64,000 nt of DNA from positions 13,492 through 77,491 of the forward strand of contig JAHFUO010000004.1 in NCBI GenBank assembly GCA_023265015.1. Reading direction: 5' to 3'. Of the stretch, positions 8,341-20,422 are shown piece after piece. Source of the stretch: Acidobacteriota bacterium. Lineage in GTDB: Bacteria > Acidobacteriota > Vicinamibacteria > Vicinamibacterales > UBA2999. Position numbers and translations under genes: made by a program. Under the pieces are notes generated by a model, which ran no database searches, was not told where the DNA came from, and worked only from the letters and a program-made list of their open reading frames with translations. Position 1 is the first letter of the stretch. Each line of letters starts with the position of its first letter.

Positions 8341-10803
8341 ATGAACCCGGGCGCGCTCCGCGCGTTAGAGTTCGACCGCATTGTCTCCGTCGTCGCCGGC
8401 CTGGCGGTCACGCCAACCGGCCAGGACGTGCTGGCGGAGCTGCATCCGCTCACCGACGCCGGCGCCGTCGGCGGCGTGCAGAAAGCCACCACCGAGGGGA
8501 CGCGGTTCCTCGTGGACCATCCCGGGTTTCCGCTTCGCGCGCCGTCGGACCTCGAGGCGATCATCGAGGCGCTCGGCGTGGAAGGGCGCGCGCTCGAGCC
8601 GCTTCGGCTGCTCGGCCTTGCGGACTATCTCGAGTCAATCGAGCACTCGCGGAGCGCGATCAGGAACGCTACCGGCAATTTCCCCATCCTCGAAGATCTC
8701 GTCGAGCGGATCGCCTCCTTCAAGGGCGAGATCGCGGACGTCCGGCGCAAGATCGATCCGTCCGGCGAGGTCGTGGACAACGCGAGCCCGGCGCTTGCCA
8801 GCATCCGCGATCGTCTTCGGAGGCAGCGCGGCAAGCTGCGGACGACGCTCGAGTCGTTCCTGCGGGGGCGCGACACCTCGAAGTATCTGCAGGAGCAGGT
8901 CGTCACCGACCGCAACGGCCGGTATGTGCTCCTCGTCCGGTCCGAGCATCGCTCCGCGATTCCCGGCATCATCCACGGCGCGTCGGCCAGCGGCGCAAGC
9001 CTGTTTCTCGAGCCGCTGACCACTGTTGAGATTAACAACGACATCGTCGCGCTCGAGGAGCAGGAGGCGGAGGAAGTGCGCCGGATCCTCCTGGCGCTCA
9101 CCGACACTTTCCGCGGGCGTCCCGACGATCTGCGCCGCACGATCGACGTGGCAACCGAACTCGATGTGATCCAGGCGCGCGCGCGTTTCTCGCAGATGGT
9201 GGACGGAGTCGAGCCGATCATCTCGAGGGACGGCACGTTCGAGTTGCGGGGCGCGCGCCATCCGCTGCTGGTGCTAAGGGGTCGGGAGTCATTACGAGAA
9301 TCGAAATGGAGCGCCTCATCAGCTCGAGATTTCGATTCTCGTAATGACTCCCGACCCCATGTCGTCCCAGTCGACATCCTCCTCGTTCCTCCGACTCGCG
9401 TGATGGTAATCACCGGCCCCAACACCGGCGGCAAAACCGTCGCGCTGAAGACGGCGGGGCTGCTTGCCGCGATGGCGCAGGCGGGGCTGCACGTGCCGGC
9501 CGAGACCGGATCGCGACTGCCGGTGTTCCGGTCGCTCTTCGCCGACATCGGCGACGAGCAGTCGATTTCGGCCAGCCTCAGCACGTTCTCGGCGCACATC
9601 GCGAATGTCGTCTCGATGGATCGCAACCTGGAGTTGCCTGCGCTCGTGCTGCTCGACGAGGTGGGCGCCGGGACCGATCCGGTTGAAGGCGGAGCCCTCG
9701 GCATCGCGGTCATCGATCATTTCCGCAACCGCGGCGCTCACCTGATCGCGACCACGCACTACGACTCCTTGAAGTCGTACGCCTCCACCACGGAGGGAGT
9801 CGCCAGCGCGGCGTTCGGCTTCGATCCCGAATCGTTCGCCCCGACCTACTGCCTCGTGTATGGATCCCCGGGACGCAGCCTGGCGATCGAGATTGCGGCG
9901 CGTCTCGGACTGCCGGGCTCCGTCATCGCCTTTGCCCGCGACAACCTGACCGAGGAGCAGAAGCAGCTCGCCGACCACCTCGCGCGCGTCGACAACGACC
10001 TGCGCCTGCTCGAGCAGGAGCGGCGCCAGGTGTCGCAACAGCGCCTGGCCGTCTCGGAGTCGGAGAAGAAGCTGCGCGAGCGCGAGGAGACCTTCCGTCG
10101 GCGGCTCGACACGAAGCTTGACGACCAGCTGCGCGACGCGCGGCGCGAGATCGACAAGGTCATCGAGAATCTGAAGGCGAGCGCGCCACGCCTGGTCAAC
10201 ACGGGGCAGATGGGGGCGGTACGATCAGACGCGCGCGCAGCTGTTGAGGAGATCGTTGGGCGGGTCGGAGGCGGGCCAGCAGAAGGGCCGGCTTCCGACT
10301 TCGCGCCGCGCGCTTCGTCGGACAAGTCGTCGGACACGAAAGCCGGCCCCTCATCCACCGCGATCGAACCGGGCGCCCGGGTCATCGTCGGCGCGCTCGG
10401 CCTGGAAGGCTCCGTCGTCGAGCTGCACGGCAAGCAGGCCGAGGTTGATGTGCGAGGCAAACGGCTGCGCGCGCCGATCCGCGATCTGCGGGTTATCGAT
10501 GGCCCGCCGCCGGCCGCAAAGGTCAGCGTGAACGTCGACCTTCAACCGCGTCAGGGCTCACTCTCGGAGCTGAACGTCATCGGCTGCACGGTCGACGAGG
10601 CGCTCACCCGCGCGGAAAAATTTCTCGACGAGACGACGATGACGGATCAGCATACGATCCGGATCATTCATGGGCACGGCACGGGCCAGCTGCGGCGCGC
10701 GATCGCCGAGTTCCTGAAGAACCATCCGCTCGTCGCCCGCTTCCATCTGGCGCCCCAGGATCAAGGGGGCGGCGGCGCGACAATAGTGGAGTTAAGAGAC
10801 TGA
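8341..10803 (+). CDS. mutS2: endonuclease MutS2 (MutS domain V plus C-terminal Smr)
   Basis: 820 aa. Walker A TGPNTGGKT, then DEVGAGTDP. C-terminal Smr segment IRIIHGHGTGQLR. Confidence 0.9.
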   Translation: MNPGALRALEFDRIVSVVAGLAVTPTGQDVLAELHPLTDAGAVGGVQKATTEGTRFLVDHPGFPLRAPSDLEAIIEALGVEGRALEPLRLLGLADYLESIEHSRSAIRNATGNFPILEDLVERIASFKGEIADVRRKIDPSGEVVDNASPALASIRDRLRRQRGKLRTTLESFLRGRDTSKYLQEQVVTDRNGRYVLLVRSEHRSAIPGIIHGASASGASLFLEPLTTVEINNDIVALEEQEAEEVRRILLALTDTFRGRPDDLRRTIDVATELDVIQARARFSQMVDGVEPIISRDGTFELRGARHPLLVLRGRESLRESKWSASSARDFDSRNDSRPHVVPVDILLVPPTRVMVITGPNTGGKTVALKTAGLLAAMAQAGLHVPAETGSRLPVFRSLFADIGDEQSISASLSTFSAHIANVVSMDRNLELPALVLLDEVGAGTDPVEGGALGIAVIDHFRNRGAHLIATTHYDSLKSYASTTEGVASAAFGFDPESFAPTYCLVYGSPGRSLAIEIAARLGLPGSVIAFARDNLTEEQKQLADHLARVDNDLRLLEQERRQVSQQRLAVSESEKKLREREETFRRRLDTKLDDQLRDARREIDKVIENLKASAPRLVNTGQMGAVRSDARAAVEEIVGRVGGGPAEGPASDFAPRASSDKSSDTKAGPSSTAIEPGARVIVGALGLEGSVVELHGKQAEVDVRGKRLRAPIRDLRVIDGPPPAAKVSVNVDLQPRQGSLSELNVIGCTVDEALTRAEKFLDETTMTDQHTIRIIHGHGTGQLRRAIAEFLKNHPLVARFHLAPQDQGGGGATIVELRD
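9278..9358. repeat. 81-bp palindromic element (copy A) inserted in frame in mutS2
   Basis: Arms GGGGTCGGGAGTCATTACGAGAATCGAAAT (9278-9307) and the exact reverse complement (9329-9358), with a 21-nt loop. Confidence 0.9.
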
Positions 10804-10812
10804 AATGCACGA

Positions 10813-12576
10813 ATGGGTTTATTCCCACAGCAGTTCATCGACGACCTGAAGCATCACGCCGACATCGTCGTCGTGATCCAGGACTACGTGTCACTGAAGA
10901 AGACGGGCGCGACGTACAAGGGCCTGTGCCCGTTTCACGGCGAGAAGACGCCATCTTTCCACGTCAATCGAGACAAGGGTTTCTTTCATTGCTTCGGGTG
11001 CGGCGTCGGCGGCGACGTCTTCAAGTTCCTCGAGCTGCACGACAAGGTCGGATTCGCGGACGCGGTGAAGCTGCTCGCGCAGCGCTTCGGCCTGTCGCTG
11101 CCCGAGATGGAGCAGAGCGACGAGCAGCGCGCCAGCGCCGCCGAGCGCGAGACGCTGCTCAAGGTGCACGAGTCGGCGGCCGCGTGGTTCCGCGAACAGC
11201 TCGCGTCGAACGCGGGGGCCCGCATTCGGCGGCAGATTGCCGACCGCGGCGTCAGCGACGGGACGGCCCAGGCGCTCGGCCTCGGCTTCGCGCCTCCGGC
11301 GCGCGAGGGGTTGAAAGGCGCGCTGCTCAAACAGGGCTACTCACAGGGCCTGCTTCTTCGCGCCGGTCTCCTCGTCCAGCGAGATGACGGCTCGGTGATC
11401 GATCGGTTCCGCAACCGGCTGATGATTCCGATCTGCAGGGACACCGGCTCCGTTATCGCGTTCGGCGGACGGGCCGTGGATGCCGATCAACAGCCGAAGT
11501 ACCTCAATTCGCCGGAGACGCCGATCTATTCGAAGAGCCGCACGCTCTACGGCTTGAATCTCAGCAAGAACGCGATCCGTGAGCGCAAATTCGTCGTCTT
11601 AGTGGAAGGCTATTTCGACTGGGCGCAGGTCTATCAGGCCGGCTTCCAGGCGGTGGTCGCCTCCTGCGGGACGGCGCTGACCCCTCAGCAGGCGCAGCAG
11701 CTTCGTCGCTTTACCGGCAAGGTTGTCTTGAGTTTCGACCCCGATGCCGCGGGCCAGGGCGCGACCGCGAAATCCTGCGAAATGCTGGTAGCTGAAGGGT
11801 TTGAGGTGAATGTCGCCATACTGCCTGCCGGCGAAGATCCCGATACGTTTATCAGGAAGCACGGACACCACGGATACGCCGATCGGCTGCAGCAGTCGCG
11901 CCCTTATCTGGAATACCTCCTTGACCGGGCTGCGACCGCCCACGCGCTCAAGACACCCGAGGGCAAGGCCCGATTTGTCAGCGCAGTGTTACCGGTGGTG
12001 AACCGGATTCCGGACCGAGTCAGGCAGGAATTGTTCGTTCGCGAGGTTTCGGCTCGCGCCTCCGTTTCAGAGGATGTCATATGGGCCCGGGTGAAAAAGG
12101 TTACGACCGAGCGGCAGGCTGGGCTCAGCAGCAGCCAGCTCCCGGCACTCGGGCAGGTCACCAAGGCTGAAAAAGGGCTGATTTGGCTGTTGATTCACCA
12201 GTCGGAGGTCGCCTTGGTCGCTCTTTCGACACTGGAAACAGCCGATATTGAGGGACTCGCTTCCCGGTCGGTGCTGGATCTCGCCCGGAAACTAGACGAA
12301 GATAAGGGATTCTCACCATCAGCCTTTCTCGAGCGTCTAAACACGGTAGAGGCTCAGCTCGTAACCGGGATAGCGAGTGAAAGCGAGCCTCACGTCACAG
12401 ATGCCGACGGCTGTGTGCGCATTATTCGACGACTCAGGTTTGAACGGGAGAGCGCGGCTCTCCAGCGTGAAATTGATCGGCTACAACAGTTAGGCGAGAC
12501 GCAAAACGGCAAAGAGATGGACTCGTTGTCGATACGGAAGCGCGATCTGCGTCGCCAACTGGAAGACCTTATGTAG
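10813..12576 (+). CDS. dnaG: DNA primase
   Basis: Zinc finger [30 protein letters not shown] and a TOPRIM region (VLVEGYFD). Confidence 0.9.
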   Translation: MGLFPQQFIDDLKHHADIVVVIQDYVSLKKTGATYKGLCPFHGEKTPSFHVNRDKGFFHCFGCGVGGDVFKFLELHDKVGFADAVKLLAQRFGLSLPEMEQSDEQRASAAERETLLKVHESAAAWFREQLASNAGARIRRQIADRGVSDGTAQALGLGFAPPAREGLKGALLKQGYSQGLLLRAGLLVQRDDGSVIDRFRNRLMIPICRDTGSVIAFGGRAVDADQQPKYLNSPETPIYSKSRTLYGLNLSKNAIRERKFVVLVEGYFDWAQVYQAGFQAVVASCGTALTPQQAQQLRRFTGKVVLSFDPDAAGQGATAKSCEMLVAEGFEVNVAILPAGEDPDTFIRKHGHHGYADRLQQSRPYLEYLLDRAATAHALKTPEGKARFVSAVLPVVNRIPDRVRQELFVREVSARASVSEDVIWARVKKVTTERQAGLSSSQLPALGQVTKAEKGLIWLLIHQSEVALVALSTLETADIEGLASRSVLDLARKLDEDKGFSPSAFLERLNTVEAQLVTGIASESEPHVTDADGCVRIIRRLRFERESAALQREIDRLQQLGETQNGKEMDSLSIRKRDLRRQLEDLM

Positions 12577-12593
12577 CGTGCGGAGGATCCACC

Positions 12594-14294
<1,701 letters not shown>

Positions 14295-14300
14295 TTCGTA

Positions 14301-14358
14301 GGGCGGGTGCCGCGAAGCGGACCCGCCAACGGGTTCCGCGAAGCGGACCCGCCAACAC
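14301..14358. repeat. REP-like hairpin and partial second copy downstream of rpoD
   Basis: GGGCGGGTGCCGCGAAGCGGACCCGCC, followed by GGGTTCCGCGAAGCGGACCCGCC. Confidence 0.7.
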
Positions 14359-14361
14359 TAC

Positions 14362-14434
14362 GGGCCCGTAGCTCAGCGGTTAGAGCGGCCGGCTCATAAT
14401 CGGTTGGTCCCAGGTTCGAATCCTGGCGGGCCCA
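14362..14434 (+). tRNA. tRNA with CAU anticodon (elongator Met, or Ile2 if lysidine-modified)
   Basis: Acceptor stem GGGCCCG/CGGGCCC, D-arm AGCTCAGCGGTTAGAGC, anticodon loop CTCATAA, T-arm GGTTCGAATCC. The G1-C72 pair argues against an initiator. CCA is not encoded. Confidence 0.85.
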
Positions 14435-14440
14435 CTCAAA

Positions 14441-14540
14441 GGAAATCCCAGATCCCAATGACCAAATCCCAACGCCCAGACAGCATCGTGACCTTGGGGG
14501 TTTGGGTTTTGGGATTTGGGTTTTGGGATTTGGGATTTGA
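14441..14540. repeat. inverted C-rich/G-rich heptamer arrays
   Basis: The left part carries AAATCCC-type units. The right part is GGGGTTT GGGTTTT GGGATTT GGGTTTT GGGATTT GGGATTT (14496-14537) and ends at the next start codon. Confidence 0.85.
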
Positions 14541-15290
14541 GTGATGTCTCCTGATCTCGAACGCCTCGTCCGGCTCCAGAATCTCGAAACCGCCATCGAG
14601 GATTCCCGCCGCCGGATAGCGGCGCACCCGCAGCGGGTGGAGGATGCCGATGCGCGCCTCGCCCGCGCAAAGGACGTGGTCGACGGGGCGAAACAGCGGC
14701 TGAAGGAAAGCCAGGAATCGCGCCGCGAACGGGAAAAAGAAGCCACGGCCTACCAGACCCGCCTCTCCAAGTTCAAGGATCAACTCTCCGCCGTCAAAAC
14801 CAACCGTGAATACCAGGCCATGCAGGTCGAGATCGAGACCGCGCAGAAGGGGCTCGGCGCCGTCGAGGAGAAGGTTCTCGAGCGGATGATGGAAAGTGAT
14901 GCGCTGACCGCGGAAATCAAGAAGGCCGAGCAGGCGCTCGTGGCGCTGCAGAAAGAGGTCGACGCGGAAAAGAAGGCCCTGGCCGAGGAGCGTGCCGCGG
15001 CTGAAGTGGCGCTGACGCAGGCGACCGAGCAGCGCGGTGCGGTGATCGCGGCGTTGGAGCCGCAGCTTGTCGCGCTCTTCGAGAACGTCGCGCGCGCGCG
15101 CAAGGGCGTCGCGCTCTGCAGCGCGACGCGCGATGGCCTCTGCTCCGCCTGCCACGTCCGGCTGCGGCCGCAGGCCTTCCAGGAAGTGCGCCGCAACGAT
15201 CAGATCATCCAGTGCTTCAGCTGCAACCGTATCCTCTACTACATTCCTCCCCCGCCGCCGGTTGAGCCGGCCGTCACGCACGCCTCGTGA
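14541..15290 (+). CDS. coiled-coil protein with C-terminal C4 zinc ribbon (COG1579-like)
   Basis: 249 aa. Long heptad-rich region, then [11 protein letters not shown]...CFSCNRILY. Confidence 0.7.
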   Translation: MMSPDLERLVRLQNLETAIEDSRRRIAAHPQRVEDADARLARAKDVVDGAKQRLKESQESRREREKEATAYQTRLSKFKDQLSAVKTNREYQAMQVEIETAQKGLGAVEEKVLERMMESDALTAEIKKAEQALVALQKEVDAEKKALAEERAAAEVALTQATEQRGAVIAALEPQLVALFENVARARKGVALCSATRDGLCSACHVRLRPQAFQEVRRNDQIIQCFSCNRILYYIPPPPPVEPAVTHAS

Positions 15291-15310
15291 CGGTTCGACT
15301 TCCGCTCACC

Positions 15311-15383
15311 GTCATCCCGTCCTTCGACCGTTGCTCAGGACGCCCTGAGCAGAGCCGAAGGGCGAGCTGAGTCGAGGGATGAC
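15311..15383. repeat. 73-bp palindromic element overlapping the rnhA start codon
   Basis: Outer arms GTCATCCC (15311-15318) and GGGATGAC (15376-15383). Inner hairpin GCTCAGGACGCCCTGAGC. Confidence 0.75.
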
Positions 15384-15831
15384 GCAGCCGTCGCTGTTCG
15401 GGCCGCCGCAGAGCGGCGGATCCGCGCGCGCGAACATTGACGGCGGATCGCGCGGCAATCCCGGGCCCGCCGGCTACGGCGTTCGCATCGAGCAGGAAGA
15501 CGGCCGTGTGATCGAACTGAAGGGATCGGTGGGGATCGCGACGAACAACGTCGCGGAGTACAGCGGGCTCATCGCCGCGCTCGCATGGGCGGTGCAGCAT
15601 GGCGTCTCACGGCTGCACGTCCGTGCCGACTCGGACCTGCTCGTGAAGCAGCTGCGCGGGGAGTACCGCGTGAAGAGCCCGGGCCTTCAGCCGCTCTTCG
15701 AGCAGGCGCGCGCCCTCGTGCGGCAGATCGGCAACGTCAAGTTCGAGCACGTGCGCCGCGAGCTCAACAAGGATGCCGATCGCCTGGCCAATCAGGCGAT
15801 GGATGAGGCCGCGGCTTCTCCCCGCACCTGA
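15379..15831 (+). CDS. rnhA: ribonuclease HI family protein
   Basis: DGGSRGNPGPAGYG...TNNVAEYSGLIAAL...DSDLLVKQ...NKDADRLAN (the DEDD catalytic pattern). Confidence 0.85.
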   Translation: MTQPSLFGPPQSGGSARANIDGGSRGNPGPAGYGVRIEQEDGRVIELKGSVGIATNNVAEYSGLIAALAWAVQHGVSRLHVRADSDLLVKQLRGEYRVKSPGLQPLFEQARALVRQIGNVKFEHVRRELNKDADRLANQAMDEAAASPRT

Positions 15832-17096
15832 CCGCCGTAGCGCGCCACCGCAAAGCTGCCGAGGAACGTGACCGCGCCACACGCGATCACGAAGTCCGCC
15901 GGCGCCACCGGCGTCTGCAGGTTCCTGATCAGCGCTGTCGCAATCAGCGGCGCCGTCCCACCGAACGCCGTCTGGCTGATGTTCTGCACCACGGCGACGC
16001 CGCTGAAGCGGATACGCGTCGGGAATAGATCGGCGGTGACGAACGCAAATGTCCCGTTGACGAGCGCGCCGGCCATCGCGCCCAGCGTCATCAGCGTGAT
16101 GATGTTCACGCTGTGATCGCTGAGCGCGGCATAGAACGGATACGCGCCGGCCGCCAGCGCGAGCGCGCCGACGCGCAGCAGCACATGAGGCGCGTACCGG
16201 TTGGCGAGCCAGCCCGCGCCGAGAATCAGCACGGCGTGAAGGATCACTCCGTAGGTCTGCGCGAACACCGCGGTGGCCGGGTCGTACTTGAGCACGCTCG
16301 TCAAGTAGGCCGGCATGTGCGCGAAGAACAATCCCGCGAAGCATGCTGTGACCGCCTGGCCGGCGATGCCGGCCACAAGCTGCGTCGGATGCGTGCGCAC
16401 GAGCTCGCCGATCGGCTCTTGTGACGCGGCGGCGAGGCGCTTCAACTCCAGGAACTCGGGCGACTCTTCAAACGCGCGGCGCAGCCAGAAGCTGCCCAGC
16501 CCCATGACGCCGCCGATGATGAAGGCGACGCGCCAGCCGTACAGCGTCGCGTCCGCCGGGCTCAACACGCGCCCGACGACGAGCGCGATCATCGTCCCGA
16601 GCGCCACGCCCGTGGTGACGCACGCGAAGACGACGCCGCAGACAAACGGCGCCTTGCGGGGCGCCGACTCGACGACATAGGTGATCGCGCCTGGAAGCTC
16701 GCCGCCAAGACAGAACCCCTGCGTCAATCGGAGCGCGACGACGAGAATGCTCGCGGCGATTCCCCATGACGCGTAGGTCGGTACAAGGCCGATGCCGAGC
16801 GTGGCGGCGGACGTCACGAAGATCGATGCGAGGAACACGCCGCGCCGTCCGAACTTGTCACCGAGGCGGCCGAGGATGATGCCGCCGAGCGGGCGCGCCA
16901 GATAGCCGATGGCGAACGTCGTGAAGGTGACGATCAGCGAGACGAGCGGGTCCTGGCTCGGGAAGACCGCCTGGCCGATCTCTCGGGCGAAGATGCCGAA
17001 GATGACGAAGTCGTAGTACTCGAGCGTGCCGCCGAGGCTGGCGAGCAGAATCATCCGCCATGCGGCCTTCGTCATTCCGCCCTGGTGTGCCGGCAT
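15792..17096 (-). CDS. MFS metabolite:H+ symporter (MHS family, ProP/KgtP-like)
   Basis: 12-TM-type sequence with LGRLGDKFGRRGV. The start is ambiguous (17096 or 17075). The 3' end overlaps rnhA convergently by 40 nt. Confidence 0.75.
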   Translation of the reverse strand: MPAHQGGMTKAAWRMILLASLGGTLEYYDFVIFGIFAREIGQAVFPSQDPLVSLIVTFTTFAIGYLARPLGGIILGRLGDKFGRRGVFLASIFVTSAATLGIGLVPTYASWGIAASILVVALRLTQGFCLGGELPGAITYVVESAPRKAPFVCGVVFACVTTGVALGTMIALVVGRVLSPADATLYGWRVAFIIGGVMGLGSFWLRRAFEESPEFLELKRLAAASQEPIGELVRTHPTQLVAGIAGQAVTACFAGLFFAHMPAYLTSVLKYDPATAVFAQTYGVILHAVLILGAGWLANRYAPHVLLRVGALALAAGAYPFYAALSDHSVNIITLMTLGAMAGALVNGTFAFVTADLFPTRIRFSGVAVVQNISQTAFGGTAPLIATALIRNLQTPVAPADFVIACGAVTFLGSFAVARYGGQVRGEAAASSIA

Positions 17097-17138
17097 GCGG
17101 GCGCATTCTCGCACGCCGGACGATAATCGGTTCAACGA

Positions 17139-18674
17139 ATGTCGACGCTCGAGTATCCAGACGTGCCGCTGCACGACGTCATGCGTGCGACCGCCGCGCG
17201 CTACCCGGATCGTCCGGCGATCACCTTCAAGGGCGACACGATCACCTTCGCGCAGTTCGATCGTGAATCGAACCGGCTCGCGAACGGACTGGCGGTCGGG
17301 CTCTCCTCCGCGGATCGCATATCGCTGTATCTGCCCAACGGCCCTCAGTACGAGCTGGCGTTCTACGCGGCCAGCAAGCTTGGCGCGATCGCGTGCCCGA
17401 TGAATCCTTCATACCGCGAGCGCGAGATCAGGTACCAGGTGAATGACGCCGGCTCGAAGGTCATGGTGACGCACGCGAGCCTGTGGCCGTTCGTCGACGC
17501 GTGCCGGGCGCAGCTTGGGAATGTCGAGCGGTTCGTCGTGGTCGGCGAGTCACCACGCGCTGACCGGGTCGTGGCGTACGACGAGATCATCGGCGGCGCG
17601 TCGTCGAATGCGCCTTCCGTGCGCGTTGACCCGTCGCAGCTCGTCGCGCTGCCGTACTCGAGCGGTACCACCGGGCTGCCGAAGGGCGTGATGCTCACGC
17701 ACCGCAACCTCGTCTGCAATCACATGCAGTTTGGCTCCGCGAGCCGCCTCCAGGCGGACGATGTGTATCCGGTGTACCTGCCGTTGTCGCACATCTACGG
17801 CGTGGCGCTGATGGGACTGGCGATGTGGTCGGGAGCGCACCAGATCATCATGGAGCGCTTCGATCTGGAGGCACTCGTGAAGATCGTCCAGGAGCACGAC
17901 GCCACGTGGCTGCACGTGGTGCCCCCGGTGCTGCTCGCCCTCGCGAATGCACCCGGCCTGGACGCATCGCAGTTCCGCACCGTGAAGTTCGCGCTGAACG
18001 CCGCGGCGCCGCTCGCGCCCGACGTCGCGCGCCGTGTCGAGCAGCGTCTGGGCTTCCGCGTGATTCAGGCCTACGGTCTCACTGAGGCGTCCCCCGACAC
18101 GCATCTCAGCCCGCTCGATCCGGATCGCATCAAGCTGGAAAGCGTCGGCGTGCCGGTGGCGGACACCGAGCAGCGCGTCGTCGATCTCGAAACCGGCAAC
18201 ATCACGCTGTCGGCGGGAGAGACCGGCGAGATCATCGTGCGCGGCCCGCAAGTGATGAAAGGCTATTGGAACGCCCCGGAAGACACCGCGCGCACGATTC
18301 GCAACGGCTGGCTTCACACCGGCGACATCGGATGGATCGACGATCGGGGCTACGCCTTTATCGTCGATCGCAAGAAGGAGATGATCAAGTGCAAGGCGTT
18401 CAGCATCGCCCCCGCCGAGCTCGAGGCGGCGCTGCTCGAGCATCCGGACATCGTCGACTGTGCCGTGATCGGCGTCCCGGATGACGAGGCAGGAGAAGTC
18501 CCGAAGGCTTTTGTTGTGCCACGAAAGGGATGTACGCTCGATGCGGAATCGTTGACGGTGTTCTTCTCGTCGCGCCTGGCGGGCTACAAGGCGATTCGTC
18601 ACTGGCAATTCACGGATGCGATTCCGAGGACGCCTTCCGGAAAGATTCTGCGCAGGACGCTGAAGCAGTCGTAG
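17139..18674 (+). CDS. AMP-dependent acyl-CoA synthetase/ligase (FadD/4-coumarate-CoA-ligase-like)
   Basis: Motifs YSSGTTGLPKGV, TGDIG and PRTPSGKILRR. Confidence 0.85.
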   Translation: MSTLEYPDVPLHDVMRATAARYPDRPAITFKGDTITFAQFDRESNRLANGLAVGLSSADRISLYLPNGPQYELAFYAASKLGAIACPMNPSYREREIRYQVNDAGSKVMVTHASLWPFVDACRAQLGNVERFVVVGESPRADRVVAYDEIIGGASSNAPSVRVDPSQLVALPYSSGTTGLPKGVMLTHRNLVCNHMQFGSASRLQADDVYPVYLPLSHIYGVALMGLAMWSGAHQIIMERFDLEALVKIVQEHDATWLHVVPPVLLALANAPGLDASQFRTVKFALNAAAPLAPDVARRVEQRLGFRVIQAYGLTEASPDTHLSPLDPDRIKLESVGVPVADTEQRVVDLETGNITLSAGETGEIIVRGPQVMKGYWNAPEDTARTIRNGWLHTGDIGWIDDRGYAFIVDRKKEMIKCKAFSIAPAELEAALLEHPDIVDCAVIGVPDDEAGEVPKAFVVPRKGCTLDAESLTVFFSSRLAGYKAIRHWQFTDAIPRTPSGKILRRTLKQS

Positions 18675-18786
18675 AGGCCGACCTTGGCAACCGTAGAGGC
18701 CGACCTTCAGCAACCGTAGAGGCCGACCTTCAGCAACCGTAGAGGCCGACCTTCAGCAACCGTAGAGGCCGACCTTCAGGTCGGCC
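18671..18786. repeat. 5 tandem copies of a 22-23-bp unit GTAGAGGCCGACCTTCAGCAACC
   Basis: Copies start at 18671, 18693, 18716, 18739 and 18762. The first includes the ligase TAG stop. The last ends in hairpin GGCCGACC-TTCA-GGTCGGCC. Confidence 0.9.
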
Positions 18787-18797
18787 TGAGAGGACCT

Positions 18798-19976
<1,179 letters not shown>

Positions 19977-19995
19977 ATGCAGATTTCGTACGTAG

Positions 19996-20016
19996 GGGCC
20001 GGCTTTTGGCCGGCCC
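19996..20016. terminator. GC-rich hairpin between the convergent thiolase and acpS genes
   Basis: GGGCCGG-cttttgg-CCGGCCC. No clear U-tract on either strand, so terminator function is tentative. Confidence 0.35.
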
Positions 20017-20017
20017 T

Positions 20018-20398
20018 TCACTCCTTCAATAGCATGACGTGCGCGATGGCGAGCTCCCGCGAATGCGTCAGCGTGAGCAGCGAGCCGGTCCCGCCCATCG
20101 ACTGAAATCGTGCCGCCGCGCCTTCGTGGAAGCGGATCTGCGGCGGGCCATGGTGCCGGACAACCTCGATACCCTTCCAGAACACGCCGCGGGAGTGGCC
20201 GGTCCCAAGCGCCTTCATCACGGCTTCTTTCGCCGCGAAGCGCGCGGCGAATGACGAGGCGAAATCGCGCCGGGCGTTGCAATACGCGATCTCGCCTTCG
20301 GTGAAGACGCGGTGCAGGAACCGGTCGCCGTACCGCTCGATCATGTCTGCGACACGCGCGATCTCGGTCGCGTCGAGCCCCACCCCTATAATCTGCAT
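20018..20398 (-). CDS. acpS: holo-[acyl-carrier-protein] synthase
   Basis: MQIIGVGLDATEIARV...FTEGEIAYC...FAAKEAVMKALG. ATG at 20398. The upstream part of the 172-aa ORF is rejected. Confidence 0.85.
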   Translation of the reverse strand: MQIIGVGLDATEIARVADMIERYGDRFLHRVFTEGEIAYCNARRDFASSFAARFAAKEAVMKALGTGHSRGVFWKGIEVVRHHGPPQIRFHEGAAARFQSMGGTGSLLTLTHSRELAIAHVMLLKE

Positions 20399-20422
20399 CC
20401 AGTGGACCGGCCCCGATCCTAC

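Noticed and set aside
14362-14434. tRNA-CAU as a possible integration hotspot for a genomic island.
   Set aside because: No integrase, direct repeat of the tRNA 3' end or compositional shift lies next to it. The only low-GC island is 46 kb away.
18671-18786. CRISPR-like appearance of this tandem repeat array and of those at 38809-38904, 21034-21105 and 3395-3436.
   Set aside because: The units are directly abutting, with no unique spacers between them. No cas genes are present in the window.
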